A DNA stretch of 64,000 nt from Gemmatimonadaceae bacterium (GTDB taxonomy: Bacteria; Gemmatimonadota; Gemmatimonadetes; Gemmatimonadales; Gemmatimonadaceae), in NCBI GenBank assembly GCA_013817305.1, contig JACDCY010000004.1, positions 11,461 through 75,460 of the forward strand. Direction: 5' to 3'. Below are positions 1 to 10,214 of this stretch, one piece after another. Both the position numbers and the translations under genes were made by a program. The notes under the pieces were generated by a model. The model did no database searches. It saw nothing but the letters and a program-made list of their open reading frames with translations, and was not told the origin of the DNA. The first letter of the stretch is position 1. Each line of letters starts with the position of its first letter.

Positions 1-239
1 GAGACCAGCTGCTCGTTACAGTCGAGGATCGCGGCTTAGCTCCCATGCCGGCGCGCCTTGTCATCACGCGATCGGACGGAACGACCGAACGAGCGGAGAT
101 TCCTGTCGAGGTGTGGCTGCGCGGACAGTCCCGCGCGGTTCACGCGGTACACGGCGCCGGCACTGTAACCCGGATCGAGATTGACCCGGAGATGGTGTTC
201 CCTGATCTGGACCGGACGAACCAGAGTTGGAGTCCGTAA
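1..239 (+). CDS. 3' end of a gene entering from the left edge; hypothetical protein C-terminus
   Basis: The reading frame of ORF 45..239 has no in-frame stop back to nt 3, so the CDS is truncated by the window edge. Confidence 0.4.
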   Translation, partial: DQLLVTVEDRGLAPMPARLVITRSDGTTERAEIPVEVWLRGQSRAVHAVHGAGTVTRIEIDPEMVFPDLDRTNQSWSP

Positions 240-468
240 GGGAGAAGCGCTGGTAGCTCCCAGCCATACGCTGCTACTAGCGCTCCTCCCCGCGGAACCC
301 CGGCCAAATCGGCGGGTATACCCCTTCGCCAGAGCCTCAACTGCGGCCAGGTGCGGCCAGGCCCCCGGAACATCTGGTTACAGCCCTTCCAGGGGCTGTT
401 ACATTACAGAAGCAGCGAGCTCGGCTCCCGTCCAAGGGGCCTCGGGCGTCGCTTATTGGAGGATTTGA

Positions 469-678
469 ATGCGTAAGCCTCGTCCCGCGACGTACAACCC
501 CGCTCAAGCGCTCAGCCTCATTACCCACGATCGACATGGCAAGCCGCTGAGCTGTCCTTCCTGCTCCGGATCGATTTCCCGACACCCCGACCAGGAACCC
601 CCGCCGGTAACCACGCACGTAACGCTGACCTGCAAGGAATGCGGTCGCGTTGCCCGATACATCGCCGGAGCCGCGTAA
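469..678 (+). CDS. small zinc-ribbon protein (CxxC...CxxC), hypothetical
   Basis: 69 aa with CPSC...CKEC motifs. A GGAGG Shine-Dalgarno sits about 7 nt upstream of the ATG at 469. Confidence 0.5.
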   Translation: MRKPRPATYNPAQALSLITHDRHGKPLSCPSCSGSISRHPDQEPPPVTTHVTLTCKECGRVARYIAGAA

Positions 679-779
679 CTCCGTTCGTGCACAGAAATTG
701 CCGCGTCTGAGAGCATCAGTCCGGCGCACTTCACCAGGCCGGTGCCGGGCGCGTACGGAAAGGGCGGGAGGCAAGGGAA

Positions 780-989
780 ATGGAAAGGATCACGGGGACT
801 GTGAAGTGGTTCAACGACGCGAAAGGATTCGGATTTATCTCGCGTGAGGGCGGTCCGGATGTTTTCGTCCACTTCAGCGCCATTCAGGGAAGCGGCTTCA
901 AGTCGCTGGCAGAAGGCGACAAGGTCGAGTTCGAGATCGTGCAGGGTCAGAAAGGCCCGCAGGCCGGCGAGGTGACCAAGGCCGAATAG
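780..989 (+). CDS. cspA: cold-shock protein, CspA family
   Basis: 69 aa with [12 protein letters not shown] and VFVHFSAI, the RNP1/RNP2 motifs of the cold-shock domain. Confidence 0.95.
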   Translation: MERITGTVKWFNDAKGFGFISREGGPDVFVHFSAIQGSGFKSLAEGDKVEFEIVQGQKGPQAGEVTKAE

Positions 990-1158
990 CTGGTCGCCGC
1001 GCGCACAGCCGACACACTGACGCCCCGCCATGCGGGGCGTTTTGCCATCCCCGCCTGCGTCACGACGCCTGTTCAGGAGCGTACATTCGCGGACCGGTGG
1101 CGAGCATGTGTCTTGCTCGTTAGCCTCTCCCCTACCAAATAGAAACGGAGCTCCTGGA

Positions 1159-2037
1159 ATGGCGGCAATCTGGAAAGGCTCGGTCACCTTCGGCCTGGTG
1201 AACATCCCCGTCGAAGTGAAGACCGCCGTGCGGGAAGATCACATCAGCTTCCGGATGCTCCACGCGACGGACATGTCTCCCATCAAGTACGAGCGGCTCT
1301 GCCAGGAAGAGGGAGAGCCGGTGCCCTGGAACGAGATCGTCAAAGGGTACGAATACGAGAAGGGCAAGTTTGTCGTGATGACCGACGACGACTTCAAGGC
1401 CGCCGCCGTCGAGTCGTCCCGCACGATCGACATCCTCGATTTCGTGAAGCAGGAAGAGATCGACCCGCGCTTTTTCGAAACGCCCTACTTCCTCGTTCCC
1501 GCCAAGGGGGGCGAGAAAGCCTATGCCCTCCTCCGCGCCGCGATGAAAAACGCGGACGCGGTCGGTATCGGCAAGATCATCATGCGCACCAAGCAGCACC
1601 TCGCCGGAATCAAAGTCGTTGGCGACGCGCTCGTCATGGAGATCATGCGCTTTTCCAACGAGCTCGTGGATCCGGTGGAGTACAACTTCCCGGGAGAAGA
1701 CACCGTTCGTCCGCAGGAGCTGCAGATGGCCGAGATGCTGGTCGCCAATCTCACGGAGCAGTTCAGCCCGGAGAAATACACCGACGACTACCGCGAAAAG
1801 CTGATGAAGGTCATAAATGCCAAAATGAAGGGCAAGAAGATCAAGTACGAAGAGCCGGACGAAGAGGAAGACACCGGCGTGCTCGACCTCATGTCACGGC
1901 TGCGCGAAAGCTTGGAGCAGGGAAGCGGCGGGAAAAAAGCGAAGCGGAGCGCAGCGAAGGCGGAGCCTGACGGAGACAACGAGGCAGAGCCCGTGCAGAA
2001 GAAGGCGAAGCCCTCCAAGAAGCGAAAGACCGCCTAA
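1159..2037 (+). CDS. ku: Ku protein (NHEJ DNA end-binding), with lysine-rich C-terminal tail
   Basis: Ku core present (MAAIWKGSVTFGLVNIPV...). Start moved to the internal ATG at 1159 (M44 of the ORF). C-terminus is KKAKRSAAK...KKRKTA. Confidence 0.9.
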   Translation: MAAIWKGSVTFGLVNIPVEVKTAVREDHISFRMLHATDMSPIKYERLCQEEGEPVPWNEIVKGYEYEKGKFVVMTDDDFKAAAVESSRTIDILDFVKQEEIDPRFFETPYFLVPAKGGEKAYALLRAAMKNADAVGIGKIIMRTKQHLAGIKVVGDALVMEIMRFSNELVDPVEYNFPGEDTVRPQELQMAEMLVANLTEQFSPEKYTDDYREKLMKVINAKMKGKKIKYEEPDEEEDTGVLDLMSRLRESLEQGSGGKKAKRSAAKAEPDGDNEAEPVQKKAKPSKKRKTA

Positions 2038-2052
2038 ACGGAAGCGCATCCC

Positions 2053-4920
2053 ATGGCGCGCGCCAAGACACCGCGCGAAAGCGCCGGAGCGAAGGCCGGC
2101 AAGACGAAAGCCGCCGCCGAGCAGCTGACGGAGTACCGCCGCAAGCGGGATTTTTCCCGCACAGGCGAGCCCGATGGCGGCGCTTCAGTAAAAACGGCAC
2201 GCAAGTCGCCGAAAAAAGGGGTGCGGTTCGTGATCCAGAAGCACGCGGCGAGTCACCTTCATTTCGATCTGCGGCTTGAGCTCGACGGCGTAATGAAGAG
2301 CTGGGCAGTTCCGAAAGGGCCCAGCATCGATCCGACCGTGAAGCGGCTCGCCATGCAGGTCGAAGATCACCCGATCGACTACAACACATTCGAGGGAACG
2401 ATCCCCGCCGGCCAGTACGGGGGCGGCACGGTCATGCTCTGGGACCGAGGCACCTACTCGGCCACTCCGGAGCCGGCGGACGACGATGAGGAGCTGCTCC
2501 GCGCCGGATACACGAAAGGCGATTTCAAGATTCACTTCCACGGCGAGCGCATGCACGGGTCGTACGTGCTCGTCCGAATGAAGGGCGACCGCTTCGGATC
2601 GTCCGATAAGCCGCAATGGCTTTTTATCAAGCACCGTGATGAATACGCCGGACGCGAGGACATCGTGGAGCAGCACGACACGTCGGTGGTGACGGGACGC
2701 ACCATGGAGGAGATCGCCGCGGATAAAAAAGGCAAGGTGTGGGACACCAATCGCGGCGACGCGGCTGAAGCAAGGAAGGCGGCGCGCAGCGGAACGAATG
2801 AGCAGCCCCGCAAGGCATCGGCGCGCGCGGAGCCCGGACCGGTGAAGCTCCCGAAAGTTCTCGATCCCATGTTCGCCAGCGTCGGCACCGCGATTCCGCG
2901 CGGCGATTGGACGTTCGAGCCCAAGTACGACGGGGTGCGAGTGCTCGCCTTCTGCACCGCGAAGGACGCGCGCCTCGTGACGCGCAATGGCCACGACAAG
3001 TCGCGCCAGTTCCCCGAGATCGCCGAGGCGTTGCGCAAGGTTGCGTCTTCCGCGCGACGGGATTTTGTGCTCGACGGGGAAGTCGTGGCCCTGAAGAACG
3101 ACGAGCCCGTGCGATTCCAGGAGCTGCAAGGGCGGATGCACGTGACGGACGACAGCGCGATCGCAAGACACCGCGAGGGGTCGCCCGTCGGCATCTGCCT
3201 GTTCGACATTCTGCTCGACGGAAAAGACCCGCTCCTCCGCGAGCCGTGGAGCGAGCGTCGCGCCCGCCTGGAAAAGCGCATCGCGACTCGCACATCCAGC
3301 GTCGTCCGCCTCGGCGACACGGGCAGCGATGGGGAGAAGCTGCTCGCGCTCGCGAACAAGCAGGGTTGGGAAGGGATCATCGCGAAGCGCCGCGACTCCG
3401 TGTACGAGCCTGGCGTGCGCTCCCGCACATGGCTCAAGTTGAAGATTGAATTCCGGCAGGAGTTTGCCGTCGGCGGCTTCACGGAGCCGCGCAACAGCCG
3501 CTCGCACCTCGGCGCAATCCTCCTGGGGTACTACGACGGCGACGACTTTCTCTACGCCGGGCACACCGGCGGAGGATTCAGCCGGCAGTCGCTCGAAGAC
3601 ATGCACAAGCTGCTCGCGCCCCTCGAGCGCGACACAGCGCCGTTCAACGTCACGCCGAAGACCAACGAGCGGGCGCACTGGGTCAAGCCGAAGATCGTGG
3701 TCGAAGTGAAGTTCAGCGAGTGGACGGCCGACGGAAGGCTCCGGCAGCCCATCTACCTCGGAATCCGCACGGACAAGTCGGCCCGGGAAATCACCCGCGA
3801 GGCGATGAGCGTACAACCGGGAGCGAAGGACCCAGCGATGGCGAAAACGAAAGCAAAGGCGAGCAAGACCGCGGCTGCGCCAAAACGGAAAGCCCTGCCC
3901 GGGCTGGCTAAGGCCACTGGCAAGCTCATCGCGCTGGCTACGCCGCCGGCGACGCTGCGGGCGGACGCAGCCCGTGTGCTCGATCAGATCGACGAGCTTT
4001 GCGCCAGCGACAAACGAGGAACGCTCGACTTCGGCAAAGGCCGGACGCTCTCCGTGACCAATCTGGCGAAGGTGTTTTTCGAATCCACGAGCCATACCAA
4101 AGGCGACTTGCTGCGGTACTACACGCTGATATCGCCTTTCATTTTGCCGACGGTCACTGATCGCCCGCTGATTTTGAAGCGTTTTCCCAATGGCATCCAC
4201 GGGCAGGCGTTTTATCAGCAGAATGCGTCGAACGACACGCCCGATGGCGTGCGAGTCGAGATCGTCACCAACGACGAGGGAGAGCGGCAGCGACGCATGG
4301 TGGGCGGCGATCTGCTGACGCTTCTTTATACGATTCAGCTCGGCGCGGTATCGGTCGATCCCTGGCACTCGCGCCTTCCCAAGCTCGATTACGCGGATTA
4401 CTCGATCATCGACCTCGACCCCGGGCCGAAGGCCAAGTTCAGTCGCGTCGTGCAGATCGCGCAGTGGGTGAAGGAAGTTCTCGATGAGCTGGGCCTGCAC
4501 GCCGGAATCAAGACGTCAGGCTCGACCGGGTTGCATGTGTACATGCCGCTTCCCCCGCAAACTCCGAACGATGCGGCGACCCTGATGGCGCAAATCGTCG
4601 CCGAGCGCGTAGCGCGCGAGCATCCAAAAGAGGCGACGGTCAAGCGATTCGTGAAGGACCGCGGCGACGCGACCGTGTACGTGGACTACCTGCAGAACAT
4701 CAAGGGCAAGACCGTGGCCGGTGCGTACTGCGTGCGCGCACGCGAAGGGGCGACCGTATCGACCCCCATCGAGTGGGACGAGCTCGATGAGAGACTCGAT
4801 CCGCGGGACTTCACCATCGACTCTGTCATGGAGCGCTTCGCGGAGAGGGGAGACATCTGGGCGACTGCGATGAAGAAGAAGAACTCGCTGAAGAAGCTCG
4901 TCTCATCCAAAAAGAAGTGA
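2053..4920 (+). CDS. ligD: multidomain ATP-dependent DNA ligase LigD (phosphoesterase - ligase - polymerase/primase)
   Basis: N-terminal 3'-phosphoesterase motif (HFDLRLE...WAVPKGPS), ligase motif I KYDGVR, C-terminal LigD Pol domain (IDLDPGP, IKTSGSTGLHVYMP). 955 aa. Confidence 0.9.
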   Translation: MARAKTPRESAGAKAGKTKAAAEQLTEYRRKRDFSRTGEPDGGASVKTARKSPKKGVRFVIQKHAASHLHFDLRLELDGVMKSWAVPKGPSIDPTVKRLAMQVEDHPIDYNTFEGTIPAGQYGGGTVMLWDRGTYSATPEPADDDEELLRAGYTKGDFKIHFHGERMHGSYVLVRMKGDRFGSSDKPQWLFIKHRDEYAGREDIVEQHDTSVVTGRTMEEIAADKKGKVWDTNRGDAAEARKAARSGTNEQPRKASARAEPGPVKLPKVLDPMFASVGTAIPRGDWTFEPKYDGVRVLAFCTAKDARLVTRNGHDKSRQFPEIAEALRKVASSARRDFVLDGEVVALKNDEPVRFQELQGRMHVTDDSAIARHREGSPVGICLFDILLDGKDPLLREPWSERRARLEKRIATRTSSVVRLGDTGSDGEKLLALANKQGWEGIIAKRRDSVYEPGVRSRTWLKLKIEFRQEFAVGGFTEPRNSRSHLGAILLGYYDGDDFLYAGHTGGGFSRQSLEDMHKLLAPLERDTAPFNVTPKTNERAHWVKPKIVVEVKFSEWTADGRLRQPIYLGIRTDKSAREITREAMSVQPGAKDPAMAKTKAKASKTAAAPKRKALPGLAKATGKLIALATPPATLRADAARVLDQIDELCASDKRGTLDFGKGRTLSVTNLAKVFFESTSHTKGDLLRYYTLISPFILPTVTDRPLILKRFPNGIHGQAFYQQNASNDTPDGVRVEIVTNDEGERQRRMVGGDLLTLLYTIQLGAVSVDPWHSRLPKLDYADYSIIDLDPGPKAKFSRVVQIAQWVKEVLDELGLHAGIKTSGSTGLHVYMPLPPQTPNDAATLMAQIVAERVAREHPKEATVKRFVKDRGDATVYVDYLQNIKGKTVAGAYCVRAREGATVSTPIEWDELDERLDPRDFTIDSVMERFAERGDIWATAMKKKNSLKKLVSSKKK

Positions 4921-6026
4921 CCCTGCCCCTCGAGCACGACTACGCTCCAATGGAGGCGAAGTCGGCCGAGGACATCCCGGCCGGGCCTCAGTGGCAGTAC
5001 GAACCCAAGTGGGACGGCTTTCGCTGTGTGGCGTTCCGCGACGGAGACGAAGTCGAGCTGCGGTCCAAGTCGGGTCAGTCGCTGACGCGCTATTTCCCGG
5101 AGGTGGCGGATTCCCTGCGATCGCTCCCGGCCAGGCGCTTTGTTCTGGATGGTGAGATCGTCGTTCCAGTCGGGAAGGCACTGTCGTTCGATGCTTTGTT
5201 GATGCGCATTCATCCCGCGGACAGCCGCGTGCGCAAGCTCGCCGCCGAAACGCCGGCCCATATGATCGTCTTCGATTTGCTGGTGGACGAAAAGGGGCCA
5301 GCGCTTGTGACCCTGCCGCTAGAGGAGCGGCGCCCTGCGCTGGAAGCGTTCGCGAAAAAACACCTGCAAGACACCGGCACGGTCCAGCTGTCTCCCGCGA
5401 CCTCCGATGAATCCGTCGCGCGCAGCTGGCTGAAAGGGCGTGGCGGGCTCGATGGCGTAATCGCGAAGCGGATCGATCTCCCGTACCGGACCGGCGATCG
5501 CACCGGCATGCAGAAGATCAAGCGCATGCGAACCGCCGACTGCGTGGTGGGCGGTTTTCGCTACGCCAGCGGCTCGCGAGTGATCGGGTCTATGCTGCTG
5601 GGCCTGTACGACGACGGCGGCCTGCTCCACCATGTGGGTTTCACGTCCTCGTTCACCAACGCGGCACGAAAGGATCTCGTCCCGAAGCTCGAGAAGCTCA
5701 TCGGTCCCCCGGGCTTCACCGGACAGGCGCCGGGCGGACCCAGTCGCTGGAGCAGCGCGCGCTCATCCGAATGGGAGCCGCTCAAACCCAAGCTGGTGGT
5801 CGAGGTTCAGTACGACCATTTCTCCGGCAGCCGCTTCCGTCACGGCACCAGGTTCCTGCGCTGGCGGCCGGACAAAGCGCCGCGTCAATGCACCACCGAT
5901 CAGGTCGAGCCGGAAGGCGTGTCGTCGCTCACCCTGCTCAGCGATGGAAAAAAGCCTGCGAAAAAACAAAGGACCGGAGACATCTCCGGTCCACGATCCA
6001 CCAGGACCAGCGCGTCCGCCGACTAA
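4917..6026 (+). CDS. ligC: ATP-dependent DNA ligase (LigC-like, ligase domain only)
   Basis: Ligase motif I KWDGFRC, adenylation and OB domains. GTG start overlaps the ligD stop (GTGA). Confidence 0.85.
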   Translation: MTLPLEHDYAPMEAKSAEDIPAGPQWQYEPKWDGFRCVAFRDGDEVELRSKSGQSLTRYFPEVADSLRSLPARRFVLDGEIVVPVGKALSFDALLMRIHPADSRVRKLAAETPAHMIVFDLLVDEKGPALVTLPLEERRPALEAFAKKHLQDTGTVQLSPATSDESVARSWLKGRGGLDGVIAKRIDLPYRTGDRTGMQKIKRMRTADCVVGGFRYASGSRVIGSMLLGLYDDGGLLHHVGFTSSFTNAARKDLVPKLEKLIGPPGFTGQAPGGPSRWSSARSSEWEPLKPKLVVEVQYDHFSGSRFRHGTRFLRWRPDKAPRQCTTDQVEPEGVSSLTLLSDGKKPAKKQRTGDISGPRSTRTSASAD

Positions 6027-6379
6027 AAGCCGCTGGCGGCACGGAGCGGAAGCTCCATCTGCGTGCGCTCGGCCTGGGTCATCCCGCCGTCATACAACGG
6101 GTCGTTGGTCTCGTCGAGGAGATGGGTGAGCGTGTAGAAGTAGTGCAGCGCGTGAACCGGCGCCGTGTGGCCGTAGCCGTCGGCCTTCGCGATCGTCGTT
6201 GCTTCTTCTCGAACCCGCCGCGGCAGCTTGGCCGCGTGCGAAAGCGCGAGGAGTCGTCTGATCTCCCCGGAATTTCGTGCAAGCATCGCCGCGCACAGTG
6301 AGTCTACATAGGCCAACATGCGCACCTCCGTAGCGGATCTGGTGCTTAACGCCCTTGGGTACGTTAAGCCACATTGCAA
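6023..6379 (-). CDS. hypothetical protein (start possibly internal Met near 6319)
   Basis: ORF convergent with ligC, overlapping its end by 4 bp. No recognisable domain. Confidence 0.3.
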   Translation of the reverse strand: MQCGLTYPRALSTRSATEVRMLAYVDSLCAAMLARNSGEIRRLLALSHAAKLPRRVREEATTIAKADGYGHTAPVHALHYFYTLTHLLDETNDPLYDGGMTQAERTQMELPLRAASGF

Positions 6380-6472
6380 CTAATACACCGGACGCTGGAA
6401 TAGTTTCTCCCGGGTCCGTGTCGGAAATGCTACTAATGTGTCACAAAGAGATACCGGTCGCTGGCCCCAGGG

Positions 6473-8233
6473 TCAGGGGCGCCGGATGCCGCTCCCAAGC
6501 CTTGCCGGGGGGATGCTGATCGGGAGCGTCGCAGTGATGGGTATCTCGCCCAGGAGGGCGCGGGCCGCAGCGATCTGCGAGACCGGAACTCCGCTCCACG
6601 CAATGAGATACGCCGGCGCCGATGGTATTTGCCCGAGGAGGTACGGGTTACCGAAGGCGACAACAACCGGCTTCCGGGCTCCCAGGGAGCGCCGTGCTAC
6701 GAAATCCACGAACGGCTGTGGAGCACCAACCGTGGTCACGTCCCAGCCCTGCCCCACGTACGAGCCCACAATCGTCACGTCCGACGAATCCGCCGCCGCA
6801 TTCATGCGTGACAGGGAGCCGGCGATGTCGTCGGCCGGAACGAAAATCGTACGGAGACCGGGGAATCGACGTCTCAGCTCGCCGTTGAAAGCGGCACCCG
6901 CGGCCAGGTCTGCACGCCGCGCAACGGTAATGGACACGACCCGCGCAGTGGGAGATGCAGGGAGTGGAACCTGCGTCAGGTCGTCCTTGACGAGGACCAT
7001 GGACCGGTCGGCGATGGTACGCGCGACCGCAAAGTTCGCGCTGTCGCCAACGACAGCCCGTACCGAATCCAGGGCGACCATGCTATTCCGCTGCAGCCCC
7101 ATCTGCTGCTTGAGGGCGAGCAGGCGGCGGACAGCGAGATCGATCGTCGCTTCGGTGTAGCGCTTTTCCGTTACGCCCTCGACGATCGCGTCGATCGTCG
7201 CGCGCACGTCGAGCGGCTGGATCAGCACGTCCGCCCCGGCCGCGACGGCGCGCTTGGTCGCTTCTGTCGCGCCGAATTGATCGAGAACTCCGCGCATGTC
7301 CATCGCGTCGGAGATGATTACGCCCTTGAACCCCATCTCGTCTCGCAGCAGCTCCGTCATCACTGCATGAGAAAGAGTCCCGGGCACGCCCGTGGAATCG
7401 AGCGCCGGCATTACTCCGTGAAAGGACATGATCGCGCCCACGCCTGCCGCGATCGCCGCTCTGAACGGAACGAACTCGAGGCTGTCGAGCCGCGCGCGGC
7501 TGGCGGTCACGACCGGGAGCGCGAGATGGGAGTTGATCGACGTGTCGCCATGACCGGGGAAGTGCTTGCCGGTCGCCAGCATGCCGTGCTCCTGAAGGCC
7601 GCGTATGAACGCAGCGCCCAACGTCCCATCCAGGCGTGGATCCTCACCGTACGAGCGGACGTTGATGACCGGATTGGCGGCGTTGCTGTTGACGTCGAGG
7701 ATCGGAGCGTACGCGATGTGAATGCCGAGCGCTCTTCCCTCGATCGCCGTTACGCGGCCCTGCTCGTACGCAAGCTGCGCGTCGCGCGCCGCGCCCAGGG
7801 CCATCTGCGTCGGAAAGAGGACCGCGCCACCCAGATCGATCGCGTTCGGCACGAAATACCCGCCGCGCGCGCGGAAACCGGCTCCGAACTCCAGGTCGGC
7901 GCCAATCAGAAGCGGGACTTTGCTCAACCGCTGCATCGCGTTCAGCTTGGCGGCGATCTCGGTCGGTGATCCAACGGAGATCGTGTAGCCGCCCACCTTG
8001 TCTTCGGTGATCTCGCGCGCAACGCGACGCCATTGCGGCGAGTCGAGCGGCGTGTAATCGCCGAGGACCGTGGGCCACACCATCTGCGCGGCTTTCTCGC
8101 GCAGCGTCATCGTGGCCAGGACCGAGTCGGCCCAGCGCGAAACGGGCGCCGCAGCGCTCGACTGTGGCGGGCGAGCTGGCGCCGTCGCACAAGACAGGGA
8201 CGCCGCCGCGCAAAGAAGCAAGCGAAGCTTCAT
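6473..8233 (-). CDS. glycoside hydrolase family 3 (beta-N-acetylhexosaminidase/beta-glucosidase-like), secreted
   Basis: Signal peptide, KHFPGHGDTSINSHLALP GH3 catalytic region, 586 aa. Confidence 0.85.
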   Translation of the reverse strand: MKLRLLLCAAASLSCATAPARPPQSSAAAPVSRWADSVLATMTLREKAAQMVWPTVLGDYTPLDSPQWRRVAREITEDKVGGYTISVGSPTEIAAKLNAMQRLSKVPLLIGADLEFGAGFRARGGYFVPNAIDLGGAVLFPTQMALGAARDAQLAYEQGRVTAIEGRALGIHIAYAPILDVNSNAANPVINVRSYGEDPRLDGTLGAAFIRGLQEHGMLATGKHFPGHGDTSINSHLALPVVTASRARLDSLEFVPFRAAIAAGVGAIMSFHGVMPALDSTGVPGTLSHAVMTELLRDEMGFKGVIISDAMDMRGVLDQFGATEATKRAVAAGADVLIQPLDVRATIDAIVEGVTEKRYTEATIDLAVRRLLALKQQMGLQRNSMVALDSVRAVVGDSANFAVARTIADRSMVLVKDDLTQVPLPASPTARVVSITVARRADLAAGAAFNGELRRRFPGLRTIFVPADDIAGSLSRMNAAADSSDVTIVGSYVGQGWDVTTVGAPQPFVDFVARRSLGARKPVVVAFGNPYLLGQIPSAPAYLIAWSGVPVSQIAAARALLGEIPITATLPISIPPARLGSGIRRP

Positions 8234-8240
8234 GAGGTTT

Positions 8241-8522
8241 TCAGTGTGTGATCGTCCCTTGCTTGCTCGTATCGATCTCCTCGCTCCTGCCGCTGGCGAA
8301 GAGGAACGCCTCCATCTGCTTCGTAAGGAAGCCGCGAGCCTGGGGGTCCATCAGGTTCAGCCCGTAATGGTTGATGAGCATCATCTGCTGCTTAACCCAC
8401 GCCGCCCAGCATTCCTTGCAGATCTGCTCCCCGGCCCGTGCTCCTACCGGACCGGGAAACGGCGCTTTCTCGAACCCTTCGCGCGTCTCGCCGCAGCGAG
8501 CGCACGTGACCATTGCGGGCAC
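8241..8522 (-). CDS. yggX: Fe(2+)-trafficking / oxidative damage protection protein YggX family
   Basis: 93 aa. CxxC...CKECW and MLINHYGLNL resemble YggX (QTMLINEKKLN). Confidence 0.75.
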   Translation of the reverse strand: MPAMVTCARCGETREGFEKAPFPGPVGARAGEQICKECWAAWVKQQMMLINHYGLNLMDPQARGFLTKQMEAFLFASGRSEEIDTSKQGTITH

Positions 8523-8528
8523 GTGGCG

Positions 8529-9278
8529 CTACGAGCGGGCGTATTCGATCTTGGCGAGTCCGAAAAGCTGAAGCAGCCTGAGGTACGTCCATCCGATGTC
8601 GAACTCGTACCACTTCGCCTTGAACTTCGCGGAGTGTGGATCGGCGTGGTGATTGTTGTGGAGCTCCTCGCCGCCGAGCCAGATGGCGATCGGCAGGATG
8701 TTCCGGCTGTGGTCCTTCACGCTGAAGTTGCGGTAGCCGACGGCGTGACCGACGCCGTTGATGATGCCCGCGGCCCAGAACGGAATCCACAGCATCTGAA
8801 CGCCCCACACGAGCGGGCCCACGAAGAAACCGAACAGGTAGATGTCTACGGCGAGCATGACGAGAATGCCGAGCCAGTTGAGCGGCGTCAGCAGCTGGCG
8901 CTCGAGCCAGTCGGTCGGCGTTCCCTTGCCGTACTTCTCGAGCACGCCGGGCTGGTTGACCGTCTTCCTGTAGTAGAGCGCGCCCTTGAGGACGATGTTG
9001 CGCAGTCCCTCCAGGAGCGGGCTGTGCGGATCGCCCTCACGATCGGCGAACGCGTGGTGCTTGCGGTGGCAGGCGACCCACTCCTTCGTGATGATGGAGG
9101 TCGACATCCAGAGCCAGACGCGCATCGGCACCGCGGCCAGCGAATGGATCTTGACGCTGCGGTGCGTCTGCGACCTGTGCAGGAAGAGAGTTACGCAAAC
9201 GTTCGTGAGGTGACCGGCGACGATGACGAATACGACCGGTATCCACCACTCACTGGCCCAGCTGGCGAAATAAGGCAT
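8529..9278 (-). CDS. membrane fatty-acid (acyl-CoA/acyl-lipid) desaturase
   Basis: Histidine boxes HRSQTH, HRKHHAFAD and HNNHHA, with multiple TM segments. Confidence 0.85.
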   Translation of the reverse strand: MPYFASWASEWWIPVVFVIVAGHLTNVCVTLFLHRSQTHRSVKIHSLAAVPMRVWLWMSTSIITKEWVACHRKHHAFADREGDPHSPLLEGLRNIVLKGALYYRKTVNQPGVLEKYGKGTPTDWLERQLLTPLNWLGILVMLAVDIYLFGFFVGPLVWGVQMLWIPFWAAGIINGVGHAVGYRNFSVKDHSRNILPIAIWLGGEELHNNHHADPHSAKFKAKWYEFDIGWTYLRLLQLFGLAKIEYARS

Positions 9279-9498
9279 TTAATCAAGCTCCAATGGACGG
9301 AAGGACGAGCCCTCCGCTACAACTTAGGTTTCCTTGCCGGAAATAAAGCGCTCCGAGGCCGTTGATGGGTCCCGGAGCGTTATACAGAATTTAACCGGTT
9401 TTGGTCCAAGTTGCTAGTGCGGCAGAAGGGGTTAACTCTCTTGTTTCCAGAGGGTTGGGTTGATGCAAAGAATGTGCGCCGCCGCAGGGTGGCGATCC

Positions 9499-10056
9499 TC
9501 AGAACCCCATTGAAACGCGCAGGCCAATCCCTCCCGAGCCCGTCGACCGCACCGCGGCCTTGAACGGAAGTGCCAGTGGTTCCCAGCGCTCTACGCGCCG
9601 TACAAGTCCCACGACCGTGCCAAGAGCCAGGCCCACGACGCCGATGGCCGCACCGCCCCAAGCCATCTCTTCTTCGCGGCTGTCGGATGCGAGTAAGCAG
9701 TCGAAAATCCCTCCTTGTGGCTCGCACTCTTCGTATGTCATGGCGCCGGCCGCAGCGCCGGCCGCGGCGCCGGCCGCAAACCCGATCCCCATATGCTTCC
9801 ACAGCTGCTTTCGCGTTCCCGCGCTAGTCTCGATTCGGGTGGCATCGCTCAAGGCGATGGTTCGACGCGTCCCTGCCGATATGAAGGTCACAGAGTCGAC
9901 CCATACAGCTTCGATGCTTCCGATCTGCTTCTTCAACCCATGATCCGGAGCGGTAATTCGTACGCGCGCGCCGGCTGCAAGCGTCGGTTCCTGCCCCGCG
10001 GCGCTGGTTGCGCAAAGCATCCCAAGCAAAGCGAGAATGGAAACAGTTCCCTTCAT
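9499..10056 (-). CDS. secreted hypothetical protein with C-terminal glycine-zipper segment
   Basis: Start moved to internal MKGTVSILALLGML (signal peptide). GFAAGAAAGAAAGA glycine zipper. Confidence 0.5.
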   Translation of the reverse strand: MKGTVSILALLGMLCATSAAGQEPTLAAGARVRITAPDHGLKKQIGSIEAVWVDSVTFISAGTRRTIALSDATRIETSAGTRKQLWKHMGIGFAAGAAAGAAAGAMTYEECEPQGGIFDCLLASDSREEEMAWGGAAIGVVGLALGTVVGLVRRVERWEPLALPFKAAVRSTGSGGIGLRVSMGF

Positions 10057-10214
10057 GATCGTCTCCCGTTGGTTTAAGGCGGGCCACATCGGATTCTCCG
10101 CCGGTTTGAGTGTGCTCCAAGCATCGGCGCCGGCACCCGCCGGCACGATACGTCTAATGACGTAGGCGTTTGGTGGTTCTTGCACCGCAACCACTGCTCC
10201 GCTACCGTGCCCCA

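Noticed and set aside
1060-1150. LexA/SOS box upstream of ku
   Set aside because: Only a short CGAGCA-N7-TGCTCG palindrome. It matches none of the known LexA consensus families, so it is not reported as a feature.
2185-4500. Very long antisense ORFs (for example 771 aa opposite ligD; others opposite argD/argB, the GH3 gene, polA and the M16 genes)
   Set aside because: High-GC DNA produces long stop-free frames on the opposite strand. The sense-strand genes have clear family motifs, while the antisense translations are Arg/Ala/Pro-rich low-complexity sequence.
6380-6472. Possible sigma-54 promoter or hairpin in the lower-GC intergenic region upstream of the small ORF
   Set aside because: No TGGCAC-N5-TTGC match. 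The hairpin has no U-tract and an ambiguous strand.
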